A stretch of DNA of 64,000 nucleotides from an uncultured Gemmatimonadales bacterium (lineage in GTDB: Bacteria > Gemmatimonadota > Gemmatimonadetes > Gemmatimonadales > GWC2-71-9). Shown in pieces: positions 63,297 to 64,000 of this stretch (position 1 is its first letter; each line of letters starts with the position of its first letter). A model generated the notes under the pieces. That model was not told where the DNA came from. It did no database searches and worked only from the letters and a program-made list of their open reading frames with translations. Both the position numbers and the translations under genes were made by a program. The stretch covers positions 864,001 through 928,000 of the forward strand of contig CAWGED010000005.1 of the NCBI GenBank assembly GCA_963821525.1, read 5' to 3'.

Positions 63297-64000
63297 ATGA
63301 CCTTCGCGCTAGTCATCCTGGTGGCAATAGCGCTCGCGGGGCTCACCTACCTGTGGCTCGAGCGCGTGGGGACCAAGGCCTGGCCTGCCATCGCCTGCCG
63401 TGCGGTCGCATGGGCAGCGCTGGGCGTCCTCCTGGTGAACCTGACCTGTGCGCTACCCGCTTCGTCGCTCAAGCCGATGGTGCTCTTCGATGGAAGCCTC
63501 AGCATGGGCGGGGCGGGAGGGCGCTGGCGCGAGGCGCTCGACACCGCAAAGACGCTGGGCGACGTCCGCTGGTTCGGCGATGAAGCTGGCGCGCCCGACA
63601 CGATGCCCTCGGCCGGGCGATCGTTGCTGGGCCCGGCCCTGGTGGCCGCCGCCGCGTCGGGACGCCCGATCATCGTCGTGAGCGACGGCGAAGTGGAGGA
63701 CGTGAGCGACGTCCCGCCTGAGCTGCTTTCGCGAGTAGGAGTTCGGACCTTTCCTCGCCAGCCGGCGAACGATATCGCGCTCACTCGAGTGACCGGCCCG
63801 GCGCTCGCCGACGGTTGGAGATACCGTCACGGTCGGCGTAGAGGTCCAGGTATTCGGAACGGCACCGCGTGACAGCCTCACCCTTGAACTCCGCACCGGA
63901 CGCCAGGTCCTGCTCCGTCGCCGCATCGGCGCCTCGACGGGTGGCGTGATTGATCGTTCGTTCAGTCTCCCCACGACCGGACTGTCGGGCGGAGACCACG
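63297..64000 (+). CDS. Membrane-anchored VWA-like domain protein (partial, runs off the window)
   Basis: Two N-terminal TM segments, FDGSLSM (DxSxS MIDAS-like) and IIVVSDGE. Confidence 0.55.

Overview
GC-rich bacterial chromosome segment, most likely Gemmatimonadota (inferred from gene content and order, not tested). Every gene I can support lies on the + strand. Many essential genes are split by single-base indels, which I read as uncorrected long-read errors rather than pseudogenes, so boundaries of split genes are approximate. Layout: (1) 1-9.8 kb accessory genes: DUF4386, a Zn protease, a YHS protein, RibD_C, an alpha/beta hydrolase, a DUF2846 lipoprotein, a GlcG/HbpS heme-binding lipoprotein with a possible RPPP leader peptide, and an M16 peptidase. 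(2) 9.9-25.4 kb housekeeping run: tilS-hpt-ftsH-folP-cdaA-DUF2723-yggS-divIVA-punA-ileS-dksA/traR-lspA-rluD. (3) 25.4-42.6 kb, the most interesting part: a receptor-less F1-type chemosensory set (cheW-cheY-cheA-cheC ... cheR-cheD-cheB-cheW-cheW) wrapped around a large TPR protein, two DUF4388-MshEN-like-TPR proteins, three Roadblock/MglB-type proteins, an MglA GTPase and a protein built from two tandem DnaA-type AAA+ domains with no DNA-binding domain. (4) tRNA-Val, a secreted TPR protein and tRNA-Asp. (5) The dcw cluster from rsmH to ftsZ (no mraZ, murB or ddl), then an M23 peptidase, a lone hisA and a partial VWA gene. A family of short (mostly 7-bp) tandem repeats, often arranged as inverted arms, recurs at gene junctions across the window.
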